A stretch of 63,744 nucleotides of DNA, the filler included, from Octopus bimaculoides (Eukaryota), in assembly GCF_001194135.2 (NCBI RefSeq). It is 7 parts of 6 records of this genome, joined end to end, with 100 filler letters (N's around TTAATTAATTAA, not from the genome) between each part and the next. Parts side by side here need not be neighbours in the genome. Positions count along the whole stretch, not along the records: positions 35,578 to 50,102 come from NC_068995.1; 6 more parts are not named here. One strand, written 5' to 3'. The translations under genes and the position numbers were made by a program. The notes under the pieces are model-generated. The model saw nothing but the letters and a program-made list of their open reading frames with translations. It searched no databases and had not been told where the DNA came from. This document shows, piece after piece, positions 36,777-50,102 of the stretch. Position 1 is the first letter of the stretch. Each line of letters opens with the position of its first letter.

Positions 36777-37689
36777 TCTATATATATGTATTTATATATA
36801 TATATATATATTTATAGGCTTATGCCTTATTCAGTTTGTTGTGTTTTAATACATGTAAAATTAATTATGAAATTACAATTAGTGATTAAAGATACTGTCA
36901 TCGTGGAACATGATGTTGTATTTCTCAGATAAGCCATATTGATAAATATCTCCCATTAGTTTTACTGGTCCGCTTCTCACAAGGAGAACGTTTCCTGATT
37001 TCATATAGAATTAACAGTTTTAAAATTTCAATTCTAAATATATGTGTAAAAGCGTATTTGATTTTTTTTTCTATTCGGTATTAAAGGTATATTTGCATTG
37101 CCCATAATTCAGTTGGAGATGTTACAAGTATATAATTCTTTTTTATCTTGGAATCATGGTTTTCAGAAACTTTTGTACGACACACGATGGAAAGAGCTGA
37201 AGAATTACCATTTAAAGAGCATTTGATTGCACCGATACCACCATATTTTGTAGTGCCGAGCGAAACTACTGAGGTTGTACAAGCTCTATTGCTGAGATTT
37301 GGTTTATGATGTAGTGAAATGACTATTATTTGCGTTTATGATATTCCTGTAAGTATGTTTTATGAAAGGTATATCTATTAAGATCCATAAGCTCTATATA
37401 GGCACTTTTAAAATAAGACGGCAGATCCACATCATTCATCAGTTATTCACAACTTTACTATAGCTCATCAACAATTAGATGTCGCTGTTTACAATAGAAG
37501 ATATTACACGTCGAAGTCCTCCCAAACAAACTCAGTTGGTGAAATAACACATGTACAGAAGATCGTAAACGTGAATTGGATCGAACTGAATACGCTACTC
37601 AGATTTACAAGTTTGAAAATATCTCAATTCAAATCTATTAACGTACACATATTCATTAAGATCATTTTATTTGTACCACACACTCATTG

Positions 37690-37775
37690 GCCACTTCATC
37701 CTTCGGGGTCGATAAACTAAAGTTCCTGTGAAGTATTGGGCTCTATATAACCGATTTGACCCTGTCCCCAAATCT
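37690..37775 (+). mobile_element. SINE family B fragment
   Basis: CACTTCATCCTTCGGGGTCGATAAACTAAAG resembles the MetaSINE core (CATCCYTCCGRGGTCGRTAAAATGAGTACC) as recalled. Confidence 0.55.
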
Positions 37776-38139
37776 TAGGTCTTGTGGCTATTGCAACGGG
37801 TCAACGTCATTAATGAATTTACTTTACAGGAGTAAGTCTACTACATATACATGCGTGAGTATGTGCCACGGGATGTGTGTATGGGTGGGTGGAGTGAACA
37901 AACGTACTGCATCGAACACAAAAGGTTTGTGTTATTTGCTTCCGTTCGGGCTTTTCCCCCGTTTATGCTAAGTTGATCTTGCGATTCATATCTCAAGAGA
38001 CTGACAAGATAATCACCAGATAACTTACTGTTCTTCACTTAGCCAACAAATTCTCGTAAAATACAATGAAAAAAAAAGTGATAAGTATTATAACAGGAAA
38101 CGTGATATGAACATAATTATTGGTTTGAAATTATGGTAC

Positions 38140-38320
38140 AAGGCCAGCAATTTCGTAGGAGGTGATAATTCGATTACATCGATCCAAGTAATTAACTAGT
38201 ACTTGTTTTATAGACCTCGAATGAATAAGTGGCAATGTCGACAGCGGCGGAATTTGAACTGAGATCCAAAAGGCGCTATGCAATTTGCCCGGCCTGCTAA
38301 CGATTCTACCAGCTCTCCGA
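38140..38320 (-). mobile_element. SINE family B copy
   Basis: GATTACATCGATCC…TAGTACTTGTTTTATAGACCTCGAATGAAT…GTCGACAGCGGCGGAATTTGAACT…CTAACGATTCTACCAGCT. Confidence 0.7.
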
Positions 38321-39986
38321 CTTACATGATTATTGAAAATATTTATATTTGTAATATTTCAAATGCTTCTTTTGGCTTTCAATACTCTGAAGTAGCAGCT
38401 AAACAGTGAGAGTTTTATAATCTGTTAATACCGCTCCTATTCCAAAACTTGGAAATAGTATATGTGTTCTTGATGCTCACGTGCCAAGATTTAATTCCTG
38501 ACAATCGATGGATTACCGTATATGTTTCTATGGATTCGATTATATGAAAAATAAGACTACTTTGTAAGACTACTTTGCGCATTCGCAATCATCAACACTC
38601 TCACTCTCTTTCTTTCTCTCTCACTTTCTCCCCGCATTTCCTGCATAATGGATTGTTTCTAATTAATTTACTCAATCCTAATTAATTCACTCAATCCTAA
38701 TTAATTTTCTCGATCCTAATTAATTTAGGATTGAATTCCTCTTCGTCATTTAGATTCCTTTTCTTTTCTCTTACTGTTTCAGTGTTTCACCCTCTCGATT
38801 TCCTCAGTCGACAAACTGCCATCTTAAAATCTGATCGAGCTGGAGTAGGTCCGTACTTCCGATTCTGTTGCAGGTCCTCAGCTGGAGCTGCACAGAAAAG
38901 TCAATTAATCATCGGTGGCTGAATTCCTTTATCTGCCAATAGGTCCCTTAATTAGTCCTCGGCTACAAGTGTTATGTACAAAATGGCGATCTGGTTACTT
39001 TATTCCATTATTTCGGTTTACACACGTTTCGCTTTAATAAATGAAAGTCGATAGTCCACATGTTATCATGAAATGCTCTTACGCTTCACATGACAATTCT
39101 AGCTTTGTTATTGCTATTGCCGTTTTTATTGCCGTAACATTAGCTACTGATACTGTGGAAGTTGCTATTCTACAATTTTTGTTTGTTTTTCCCATTACAT
39201 TTTCTTATTTCTTGTATAATTATTAGACAGGTAGAATCAATTCATCATCGGAAAATATTGCACATTTTTGCATTTAGTCACTTCTCTTTTCGCCCTGATT
39301 TCGGATTACATACGGATCGACTTTTCATTTCTTGCTCCTGGGATCAATAAAATATCAGCTAAATTATTTCAACATGCAATGCAGCATCAAGTGTACTTTT
39401 AAGACTTTTAATAATTGTGCAAGATTAGTTTTTTAGCCTGTATGCCGGTGCAGGGTAGAAAGTTTGTACGTTAAACATTGAATTACAGGTTGTTTTCCCC
39501 CTTTTTTTTTTAGCTGTTTCTGATAATATTTTGAGTTCCGTTTGTTAAAGAGAATAAGTACTAAATGTGTTGTGTGACGTATTAACGGGTGATCATACAG
39601 AAATGACCCGGGGTCAGAAAAGGTAATTTCGTTTATTCTTTTCTTCCTTTATTATTTTACTTGTTTCATTCATTTGACATTTTAATTCCTATTGGTGTGA
39701 TGTTTTCGTCAGAAAACATGGAAATGCGTATGAAAGGGTATGGATTTTAATTTCGGATTTTGGTTACTGATATGTGGGCTGTGACCTCCGATAGCCTGGT
39801 CTAGAGGTATACTCCAAGTCATTGTTATTTGGTGGGTTCGATTGTTTTGGGGTTATACGTCAGTGTTTACACTGTACTGTCAAAATTAACATTCGGTTTC
39901 CGCTCCCAGTACCCATATTTTTATCACTATGCCTTCAAGATTTCTCTTGGTCTTAGATAAAAACTTTACATGTTTTGACAGAGTTA

Positions 39987-40026
<40 letters not shown>

Positions 40027-40115
40027 GAGAATATACGAAAAAACAACAACAGACGAGGACAGGTGGTGTAAATAACAAAAGGATGTATAAGTATGACGCT
40101 CGGGAATACGGAAAG

Positions 40116-40152
40116 TCTTTGACGTTTCGAGCTACGCTCTTCAACAGAAAGA
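40116..40152 (-). ncRNA. Minimal type I hammerhead-like motif with variant core, in a probable Penelope terminal repeat
   Basis: Minus strand reads TCTTT-CTGTTGA-A-GAGC GTA GCTC-GAAA-C-GTC-AAAGA: 5-bp stem I, 4-bp stem II, palindromic ACGT stem III and a GUC site. The core has U at position 6 instead of A. Confidence 0.55.
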
Positions 40153-40199
40153 ATACGGAGACAAGGAGAAAAACACGGAGAAAAAAAATTGAATAGTGT

Positions 40200-40335
40200 C
40201 CAGTCGTGGGTGGCAACCAGCTCGAACTGTCTCACGTGTAAAGACATCTGGTAACATAACTGGCGAAAGAAGGCCACGAATGACCCCTCCTTTTTATTCC
40301 TTTGTCCTTCTAATTGTTGTTTCTCCTGCCTGCCT
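40200..40335 (+). repeat. Unclassified dispersed repeat; inverted copy at 63240-63385
   Basis: Shared CAACCAG.TCGAA…CTCA.GTGTAA…GAAAGAA.GCCA.GAATGACCC.TCCTT…TGTCCTTCTAATTGTTGTTTCTC. Confidence 0.7.
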
Positions 40336-40843
40336 TTGTATCGTCTGTCAGTTCGAATGTTTTATTGTCCCCTATTGCATTCTTGTTCCGTTTTATTTCA
40401 TATATTTGTGCATGCGCAAACATGGCTATAGAGACAAGTGTGGTTTATAAATGAGGCATACCTGACTTCAGTCTCCTGGCTTTGAGCAGGTGTCTTCTGA
40501 TAATACGTTGTTGATAGATATTTAGAGAAAGCTTTGGTCGTATGTCGTTGCAACACGATTTCCTTCGATTTACAGCTTTCAGAATTCAACTTCTCATGTA
40601 TAGCCGTGGTTTCACAACATCTACTTCTTCTATCGCTGTTAAAATATTACCGTGAGACGGCCATGTTCAGTGCCTACATCTAACACCACCACCCCGGTTG
40701 TGTTTTCGTCTCAGCATCACGTTCCGTTGTCTAATTTTTTTAACATTATATTTTTTATTTTATAGTTCATTGATATAAGTTCTAGATTTTGTAATAATTT
40801 CTTACATTACCGACAATGTTCCATATCCGCGGCCATAAAATAA

Positions 40844-40886
<43 letters not shown>

Positions 40887-41070
40887 GTAGTAGTAGTAGT
40901 AGTAGTAGTAGTAATTGTAGTAGTATTGTTGTTGTCGTTCTTTTAGCTTTGTTTCCGTCGTATTTATAACTAGCAGTGTTTTTAATACAGCAACATAGAC
41001 ACTCAAACGTAGACATATACACATATATCCCTACATCCACACACACACACATATATATGTATGTATGTAC

Positions 41071-41117
<47 letters not shown>

Positions 41118-41582
41118 CATATGTATATGTATATATACTATTTACATATATATATGTCTATATATATNNNNNNNNNNNNNNNNNNNNNNNNNNNNNNNNN
41201 NNNNNNNNNNNNNNNNNNNNNNNNNNNNNNNNNNNNNNNNNNNNNNNNNNNNNNNNNNNNNNNNNNNNNNNNNNNNNNNNNNNNNNNNNNNNNNNNNNNN
41301 NNNNNNNNNNNNNNNNNNNNNNNNNNNNNNNNNNNNNNNNNNNNNNNNNNNNNNNNNNNNNNNNNNNNNNNNNNNNNNNNNNNNNNNNNNNNNNNNNNNN
41401 NNNNNNNNNNNNNNNNNNNNNNNNNNNNNNNNNNNNNNNNNNNNNNNNNNNNNNNNNNNNNNNNNNNNNNNNNNNNNNNNNNNNNNNNNNNNNNNNNNNN
41501 NNNNNNNNNNNNNNNNNNNNNNNNNNNNNNNNNNNNNNNNNNNNNNNNNNNNNNNNNNNNNNNNNNNNNNNNNNNNNNNNNN

Positions 41583-41637
<55 letters not shown>

Positions 41638-41859
41638 AAGACGACACAGTGGATGAAGGGGTAGAAATATGTGAACAGACACGGCAATAACCAGGAAACA
41701 CGGATAGAGACGAAAGAGTAAGCTGCGAGACGGAGAGATTTAAAGGAATCTAAAAACTATGGCATTCATTTCATTCCAATGCAAATACAATCTTTATTTT
41801 CCTTCTTTTACGTCCGCTTGATATTTTTATTATTACCCCATATAAATGCCGCTGCTGTT

Positions 41860-41869
41860 GATGCTACTG

Positions 41870-41925
<56 letters not shown>

Positions 41926-41952
41926 GCTACTACTACTACTACTACTACTACA
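41860..41952. repeat. (TAC)n microsatellite (another at 32845-32900)
   Basis: Visible directly. Confidence 0.95.
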
Positions 41953-43599
41953 TCTTTGATTATATTCCATTATTATTACCACAATATTTTTTCACCCTTT
42001 CCACACTCATCCATTTATTTATTCTAATTGTGGCAATTTTAATCAATTTCTTCCCTCTGCTTCTGTTGTCAAAGAAATCGATATATATATACATATATAT
42101 ACATACATACATACATACATACATACATTATATATATATATATACATATAACCGTGTGCGTGTGTGTGTGTATAGAGTTAGATGCGATGGCCAAATAGTG
42201 GTCTGTTAGAATTTTAATGGTCTTAGAAGAGCACAACACTGAATCAATACCAGCGAAATAAAGAAGTATTTGTAAAAATCCCGATCAACATCGCCGCCAT
42301 ATTTGATAATATAAAAGAAGAGGAGTGGAAGGGGGAGTAGGAGAGGAAGGAGGAGGAATGGGAGGAGGGAGAGGAGTAAAACTACTTGAATTTTTTCTTT
42401 TATTTTTGTTTCTAATTTAGTTTTGGTTTTCTAATTTCTTTCCACAGTTTTCTCTTCACAAATTTCCATCCGGCTTACCTTCCCAGAATTCTCACTCACT
42501 TGCTTTATTAATTTCTGTCTTTGATTCGCTTCTCTCCTTCTTTCACTTCTTCCTTCTTTCTCTCTTTCCCCACTCTCTGTCTCTCCCCTCTCTCTCTCTT
42601 TCTTTGCAGTTATCTTCTTTTTCTTTCTCTATATTCCACCCTTTGTTCCGTCTTTCTTTCTTCACACTTATCGCCTTCCTTTCTTTCTTTCATTCTGTAT
42701 TTCTTCGTTTCTTTCTTACGTCATTTTCGTTTGTTTGCTTTCACTTCATTTTCATTCGTTCAGAACTCAATTTCATTCACCGGAATCCTTCATTCCTATT
42801 GACCATCTTCTTTTTTTCGTTTTAAACACACTTTCTCACCCCTCACTCATTCACTCCACCTTTCACTCTCTCCCTTCACTGCTTTCTACACTATTCTTAC
42901 ACTTTCCCTCCCATATCCTCCTACCTTCTGATCCATTCATAGATCTACAAACATTCACACACATAACACCGCTGACGTAGTTTTCAATCTTCTTACTTTC
43001 ACACACACTTCCCCAGTATTTATCTTCCTTCACCCTCTCTCTCCCTCCCTCTCTCACTCTCGGATTCTTTACTTTCTCTTGTTCACAGTTGATTACTATC
43101 ACTTATGGTAACAATCGGAATGCATTTGTGTCTTAGAATGGCTTTCGTTGTTGACATGTATCTACAACCCCTGCACATGCACACACACACAAACACACAC
43201 ACATAATGAGTTGTATAAAGTAATGGATCCAGAGAATGGTTTGGTTATCACAAAAAGCTCTTGTTACGGAATCGGCTAACAGTCCGCATTACATTGTATG
43301 ACAAAGAAGTATAATATAAATTGTTAATGTAATGTAAACGCCAGAAGATCAGATCGATGAAATTATATCATGAGGAGTACACAAAACCATAAAGTCAGAG
43401 TTTATGGGAGGTGAACATATATTTTACCACGTGACATACATAACTTCCATAGCGTTAAGACCGTTTCACAGTCTTCTTCGTATAGTATTGATGTCTTCCA
43501 TGTTGACATTAATGTTGTATGGACAAGGTTGCCAAGAAAATTTGCAAGCTCACTAAACAGAAAACCTGTGTGTTAATCTGGACAAAAAACGCTATAAAC

Positions 43600-44080
43600 A
43601 CTTACGGAATGCTCCGAAATCCTTATGGATTTGCTTGCATGAACCGAGCATTTTTTTCCATGTGAACAAGAGGCCAGGAAATGCGAGTCCACCGGAAAGC
43701 TTATGCTTATCCATTTGTTTTCCACAGATGGGTTTTCACATACCCCTATGGATTCCAGACTCCCAACAAAGAGTACTTTGTGGAGAGTTTGAGTGTGTCA
43801 ACGCATAAAGACAGATTTCTTCTGCTCGGGTCGGTGGTACCCACAGAAGAACAGTGCCCCAGGCCACAGTCTCATCCTAGTAACCATCTACCTGATCGAG
43901 ATGGGCATCAAAACTGCCTCGTCCTTACAGACCTGTCGGTACTCCTTTTAACTGTTGTTCGTTCCCAACGCTGAAGAAGATGAAGGAGGTTGTAACAAGG
44001 ATAATGGTCACTCGTTTAAAAGTACTTCGATGGCACCTTCACGAGGTGGAAGGAGAGCACCTTCAAGTACACTAGGCAGC
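43600..44080 (+). mobile_element. Degenerate mariner transposase, catalytic region
   Basis: Across frameshifts: ARKCESTGKLMLI, QTPNKEYFVESL, FFCSGRWYPQKNSAPGHSLILVTIYLIEMGIKT (compare W.FHQDNAP.H…YL.KMGIKT), KMKEVVT. Confidence 0.7.
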
Positions 44081-44149
44081 ATTCACTGTGGGATAAGCCT
44101 GTTGTAGTTCAGGCTTACGCCGCTAGAAGTCACTTGATGCGACACTGAG

Positions 44150-44398
44150 GCATTAGTCTGCCGACCTGCTGCATCGGGTGGAGTCGTACTGCCAAGTGGT
44201 GCATCTTTGTTTTGCAGTGCCTTTCCCCTGTTCGTCGATTTTTGCGATGGATGAAACGAAGGAACAACGTGCTTCTGTGAAATTCTGTTTTCTGCTGGGA
44301 AAAACCGCGGCCTAAAACGTTGTCATGCTTCAAACAACTGAAAAGGACGCTGCCATGAGCGAAACAGAAATGTACGAGTGTTTTTTGCGCGTTAGGAA
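44150..44398 (+). mobile_element. Mariner 5' region and transposase N-terminus
   Basis: MDETKEQRASVKFCFLLGKTAA*NVVMLQ…AMSETEMYECF matches the mariner HTH start pattern EQR..IKFC..LGK.A.E. Confidence 0.75.
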
Positions 44399-44399
44399 T

Positions 44400-44448
<49 letters not shown>

Positions 44449-44690
44449 NNNNNNNNNNNNNNNNNNNNNNNNNNNNNNNNNNNNNNNNNNNNNNNNNNNN
44501 NNNNNNNNNNNNNNNNNNNNNNNNNNNNNNNNNNNNNNNNNNNNNNNNNNNNNNNNNNNNNNNNNNNNNNNNNNNNNNNNNNNNNNNNNNNNNNNNNNNN
44601 NNNNNNNNNNNNNNNNNNNNNNNNNNNNNNNNNNNNNNNNNNNNNNNNNNNNNNNNNNNNNNNNNNNNNNNNNNNNNNNNNNNNNNNNNN

Positions 44691-44735
<45 letters not shown>

Positions 44736-45897
44736 TCTAAACTACTAAAATATTAATAATGAGAGCCCAGAAAATGATAATATGAAAGAAACTAACTTGT
44801 TGGATTTCTATATAAAAGTCAGGTATTAAGAACAAACAAGACATGAAAGATGTAAGTATAAATATTGTATTGATTGACCCACAATAGCAATTGCAACAAT
44901 AACAAGAACCACCATCAGCACTCACATAAAACACCGTACTACAAAATGTACAACATCTCTAGAAGTTTCATTAAAATAATAAAAAATAATTTCGAAAAAT
45001 GTAATAATTCCGATGTGTAAGGACTATTTTGTCTGTCTTTTCCCGGTTCATATTTTTCGTTTCGTTGCACTTTACAGCCTTTAAGCAGTGTTTATATATC
45101 TGTTCAAGCAAATGTGATATACTCTGGGATCATCGTATTCTTCTGATGATCACCTTCATGACAACATTTGCCCTTCATCGACACACAACAGTGGATTTAC
45201 TGATAATGATGTTCACCAAAAACTGAAGGGAAATGGGTGAGCCAATGAAAATGACGTTTATTATAATATAATTTATATTAAAAGAACAACAGTCGAGAAA
45301 ATATTTGTTGAAGAGAGTGAAAAGTTAAATGATAAGAGATAACTGATGTAGCAATGATAAAACCATAGATACAAACAAAAGATCTAAAAGAAATATTGAT
45401 AACAGTTATATAAAGGGCTGATGTTGAGATAATAAAACTGTAGCTATAAGAACAATGTGTAGCAGTGAGATAAAAATGATAACAGATAAAAAGTACGATG
45501 CAGGGTTTAATGATAACAACTCTAAAATTGAAATATTGAAAGATGGAAGGAGACAGAAATATTGGAAAAGAGAGACAAAACTCTATCAACAGATATTGAT
45601 ATTATAAAAATATTTTATGAGGAGTAATATAACATGGCCTAGATTGACATAACAAACTCCTATTAAATATAACAAAGTTCAAGTTGATAACATCTACGTC
45701 ATGTTAAATGCAACAGCTTATAGCACCTTACTTTAAAAATGATAGTAATAACCAAAGATGCATAATACTGGTTGCAAGCTAATGACACTTAGCTCTCATT
45801 CAATATAAACAAGATATAACTATGTGACATCAAAGTGTGACTCACCCACAGTCATGTGTCTGAGAAGTGAACTTCTCACCATACAGCCACACCTGTA

Positions 45898-45944
<47 letters not shown>

Positions 45945-46160
45945 CTTTTATTCATTTACCTGTTTTAGTAATCTGACTGCGGCCATACTGGAGTACTGCC
46001 TTAGAAGGTTTTTAGTTGGAGAAATCGATTCCATTACTTATTCTTTTGTAAGCATAGCACTTATTCTATCGGTCCCATTTGCCGAAGCGCTAAGTTACGG
46101 TGACCTAAACACACCAGCATCGGTTGTCAAACGATGCTGGGAGGACAAACTCAGACACAC
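45945..46160 (-). mobile_element. SINE family A 3' half
   Basis: GACTGCGGCCATACTGGAGTACTGCC…GCTAAGTTACGG…CACCAGCATCGGTTGTCAA. Confidence 0.85.
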
Positions 46161-46677
46161 AAAAACGCACACACACACACACACACACNNNNNNNNNNNN
46201 NNNNNNNNNNNNNNNNNNNNNNNNNNNNNNNNNNNNNNNNNNNNNNNNNNNNNNNNNNNNNNNNNNNNNNNNNNNNNNNNNNNNNNNNNNNNNNNNNNNN
46301 NNNNNNNNNNNNNNNNNNNNNNNNNNNNNNNNNNNNNNNNNNNNNNNNNNNNNNNNNNNNNNNNNNNNNNNNNNNNNNNNNNNNNNNNNNNNNNNNNNNN
46401 NNNNNNNNNNNNNNNNNNNNNNNNNNNNNNNNNNNNNNNNNNNNNNNNNNNNNNNNNNNNNNNNNNNNNNNNNNNNNNNNNNNNNNNNNNNNNNNNNNNN
46501 NNNNNNNNNNNNNNNNNNNNNNNNNNNNNNNNNNNNNNNNNNNNNNNNNNNNNNNNNNNNNNNNNNNNNNNNNNNNNNNNNNNNNNNCTTTTGTTTTGCT
46601 TTTTTTTTTATAAATTCCACCATATATATATATATATAAATAAGTATACACACACGCGCGCGGGCGCACACACGTGC

Positions 46678-46728
<51 letters not shown>

Positions 46729-46855
46729 TATATATATATATATATATATATATTTCAAATGCAATATACATTAGTTTTAGCCAATGGACGGAGTAGTAGA
46801 TATCGTATTAAAGCCTACGGCTTTCATCGACAATGATCCGAGCGTTGATTGGTGG

Positions 46856-47160
46856 AGAAACACACCATCGTTGGCGGAATTTGTTAAAGTAAAATTTCCT
46901 ATGGCGTCACAATAACCATGTAAACATTTTGAGCTCTGAATGCAGCAATTTCCTTCATCATGTTACTTAATTCATAATATCAGTAGATGAAAGTTTGACT
47001 ATATTTGTTTACATTATCCTTCTACTAGAAACAAAGTATTATACGTGTGTGTGCGTATGTTTAGATCGTATGAAATAAGCAATTTGAGGATGTTTACGGG
47101 TACCTGTGACGCCACTGGAAGGTTTACTTCAAAAAAACTCCGCCAATGTTGGTGTTTCTT
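46856..47160. mobile_element. ~305-bp MITE with ~70-bp imperfect TIRs
   Basis: Left AGAAACACACCATCGTTGGCGGAATTTGTTAAAGTAAAATTTCCTATGGCGTCACA. Reverse complement of the right end is AAGAAACACCAACATTGGCGGAGTTTTTTTGAAGTAAACCTTCCAGTGGCGTCACA. Confidence 0.8.
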
Positions 47161-47381
47161 AAATACTCAGCACTCGCATGACTCTCCATGGAAACCGGAG
47201 ACGTGAATATGTTCTACCTTGATTGCTGAAATTAATGCATATTGTGGAGGAGGAATAAAAATACGAAACTTGTGCGTTTGTATATTTAAGCATATATACA
47301 TTTGTACATACGTATATAGACAGTGATACTTTACTGTAGCGGCGTAAATTCATCGACTGCTATTTCCAGTATATATATAAG

Positions 47382-47770
47382 CGCAGGAGTGGTTGTGTGG
47401 TAAGTAGCTTGCTTACCAACCACATGGTTCCGGGTTCAGTAACTGCGTGGCACCTTGGGCAAGTGTCTTCTGCTATAGCCTCGGGCCGACCAAAGCCTTA
47501 TGAGTGGATTTGGTAGATGGAAACTGAACGAAGCCTGTCGTATATATGTATGTGTGTGTATATGTTTGTGTGTCTGTGTTTGTTCCCCCAGCATCGCTTG
47601 ACAACCGATACTGGTGTGTTTACGCCATTGTAACTTAGCGGTTCGGCAAAAAGGCCGAACGATTTAGTACTAGGCTTACACAGAATAAGTCCTGGGGTGG
47701 ATTCGCTCGACTAAAGGCAGTGCTCCAGCATGGCCACAGTCAAATGACTGAAACAAGTTAAAGAGTAAAG
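47382..47770 (+). mobile_element. SINE family A, full length
   Basis: Complete head, CORE-like segment, internal (TA)(TG) tract and tail ending in an AAGAGT-like repeat. Confidence 0.92.
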
Positions 47771-48012
47771 GGTAAAAGAGTAGGAGAAGTGGATCTGTGT
47801 CCGACAGGCAGTTTCCACGTTCGGTATAAAAGGAGTTTTTTTAACCCAATAAATTTAGGCTATTATTTCAGCTTTCTTTGCTCCGAGGTTCACTTTTCTC
47901 CAAAACAATTATTTCAGTTTTCGAAGTTTCTTAATTCTTACGACGTCAACAACACACACACTCACGCACGCACCCACACATATGCATATATGTAATAAGC
48001 ACACACACAGAC

Positions 48013-48071
<59 letters not shown>

Positions 48072-48148
48072 NNNNNNNNNNNNNNNNNNNNNNNNNNNNN
48101 NNNNNNNNNNNNNNNNNNNNNNNNNNNNNNNNNNNNNNNNNNNNNNNN

Positions 48149-48191
<43 letters not shown>

Positions 48192-48868
48192 CACACACAC
48201 ACACTGATATAAGTCTATTCATAATTTATCATATGCCTGTCCCTTTAAGCTATCTATATATTTCTATGCATTATACACAGAATCTTGTACTCCTGTTTCT
48301 TGTGAATTCTTTCTTGCAGACGATGATACGTTTAAAGAATATTCACATTATTTGCTGTATATTTTTTTTTTCCTACGAAGTATTTGTCTTTGTGAGAAAT
48401 ATTTAAGAGACCGCTACTGAGTATTTTGCTATAAATTCTGTATGCTGTTATATTTCATTGTAAATATTTATACATATTGATACTATAGATGGATATTGGG
48501 TTAGTATCTGCAAATATCTGAAAAGTTACTTTAAAATATCCCGCAATGACCGGTGTATACCAACCATGTAACACCGCGAAAATTGATTCCGTTTTCACCA
48601 GTACTTATGAAAGCTGATGCTCGGGATACTGTGCATTGTCTTCTACTAAAAGCAAAGTAATTTATCCTGTAGTCAAGGTTGTATATATAGAAGACACACA
48701 TATATATAGAGAGACATATATATTGATATATGTATAAATATTTCTTTGTCTTGCGTCAAAACGTTCAGCTACCTTAACGCGCGCGCATGTGTGTATGTGC
48801 ACGTCTGTATCTATTTGAGCATAATATATGTGAGTGTTTGTGTGTTATGTCTGTTTCTATTTGCCTAT

Positions 48869-48918
<50 letters not shown>

Positions 48919-49712
48919 TGTGTGTGTGTGTGCACATACATACATGCAGACGTACAGTAAGTACATTGTGAGTACATCTTGATTACAGAAACACTTATAA
49001 CTGTATGCATTAGGGTCTATAAATTGGTTCGTTCATAACATAAATCAATACGTACAAACTCTCTCTCTATCTCTCTGTCACACATACACACAAACACACA
49101 CGCACATACACATGTCTAGATATATGTGTGTGCGTGTGTGTGTGACTATGTGATATTGTACGTGTGCGTGTATATCTATGTATGTATTTCTGTGCCTACA
49201 ACACTGTCTATACAGTTGTCGATTACGCCGTCTTATATAATTGTTCTGCCATAGCAACAGCGAGTCACGGTGTCTGTAGGAAGCCGTCAGTAATATTTTC
49301 CATCATCTTATCTCTTCTAACAAACATGTCGGATTTTGACACATTGACCAACGAATCGGCCATCTTGTTTAGAGACGGTGAAACTAATCCGTCATATCTC
49401 TTAGATTGCTAGAGTCTTTAAAACCGCTGGCGTGGTTATAAATTACGAAGGTCGATGTGCAAACTCGTCCCTTGTGTATCTCTTCCACTACTTCTCTCAA
49501 TTTTCACTGCTCTTACACTAACTATCATTCGCTGTCTGCCATTGGTTTTCCACTCAGTGATATGAAGTACTTGTGTATAGTACCCGTGTATAAGTGAGTG
49601 TGTATAATGTATAATATACATGTATGTGTGTGTGTACGTGAATAGAATATATGTGCGTATGTGTGTAAAGTATACCTGTGTATAGTATATGTGGGTATGT
49701 GGTTGTATGTGT

Positions 49713-49749
<37 letters not shown>

Positions 49750-50020
49750 TGCTTATGTGCGCTTCTATGTACGTATGTAGGTGTATGTGTGCAATATATA
49801 TGTTTATGTATGTATTTAAGTTCTTGTTGCTATGACTGCCGCCTTCCATTCACCCCACTTTTTCACTTGACTGCTCTTTCTTTCTTTCTTTCTTTCTCTC
49901 TCTGTGTCTTCTTTTCTTTTCAAATATATCTCTCCGTCGTTTCTTGGTGTATATATGTGTATACATATATACATGCATACATACATACACACATACGCAC
50001 AGATATTTACATACATAAAT

Positions 50021-50102
<82 letters not shown>

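Noticed and set aside
37167-37348. Exon-like cassette (ETFVRHTMERAEELPF…FGL*) with GTAAGT donor
   Set aside because: It has an in-frame TGA and no recognisable homology; the splice-like sites could be chance.
43719-43974. Apparent host exon or 97-aa ORF after TTTTCCACAG
   Set aside because: The peptides in alternating frames match the mariner catalytic domain.
45078-45236. Strong acceptor and GG|GTGAGC donor; the DN…Q.L.G peptide suggested a carbonic anhydrase C-terminus
   Set aside because: There are stops in all frames from the main acceptor, and the conserved RP and R residues are missing. The downstream exon indicates a DUF3011-like protein instead.
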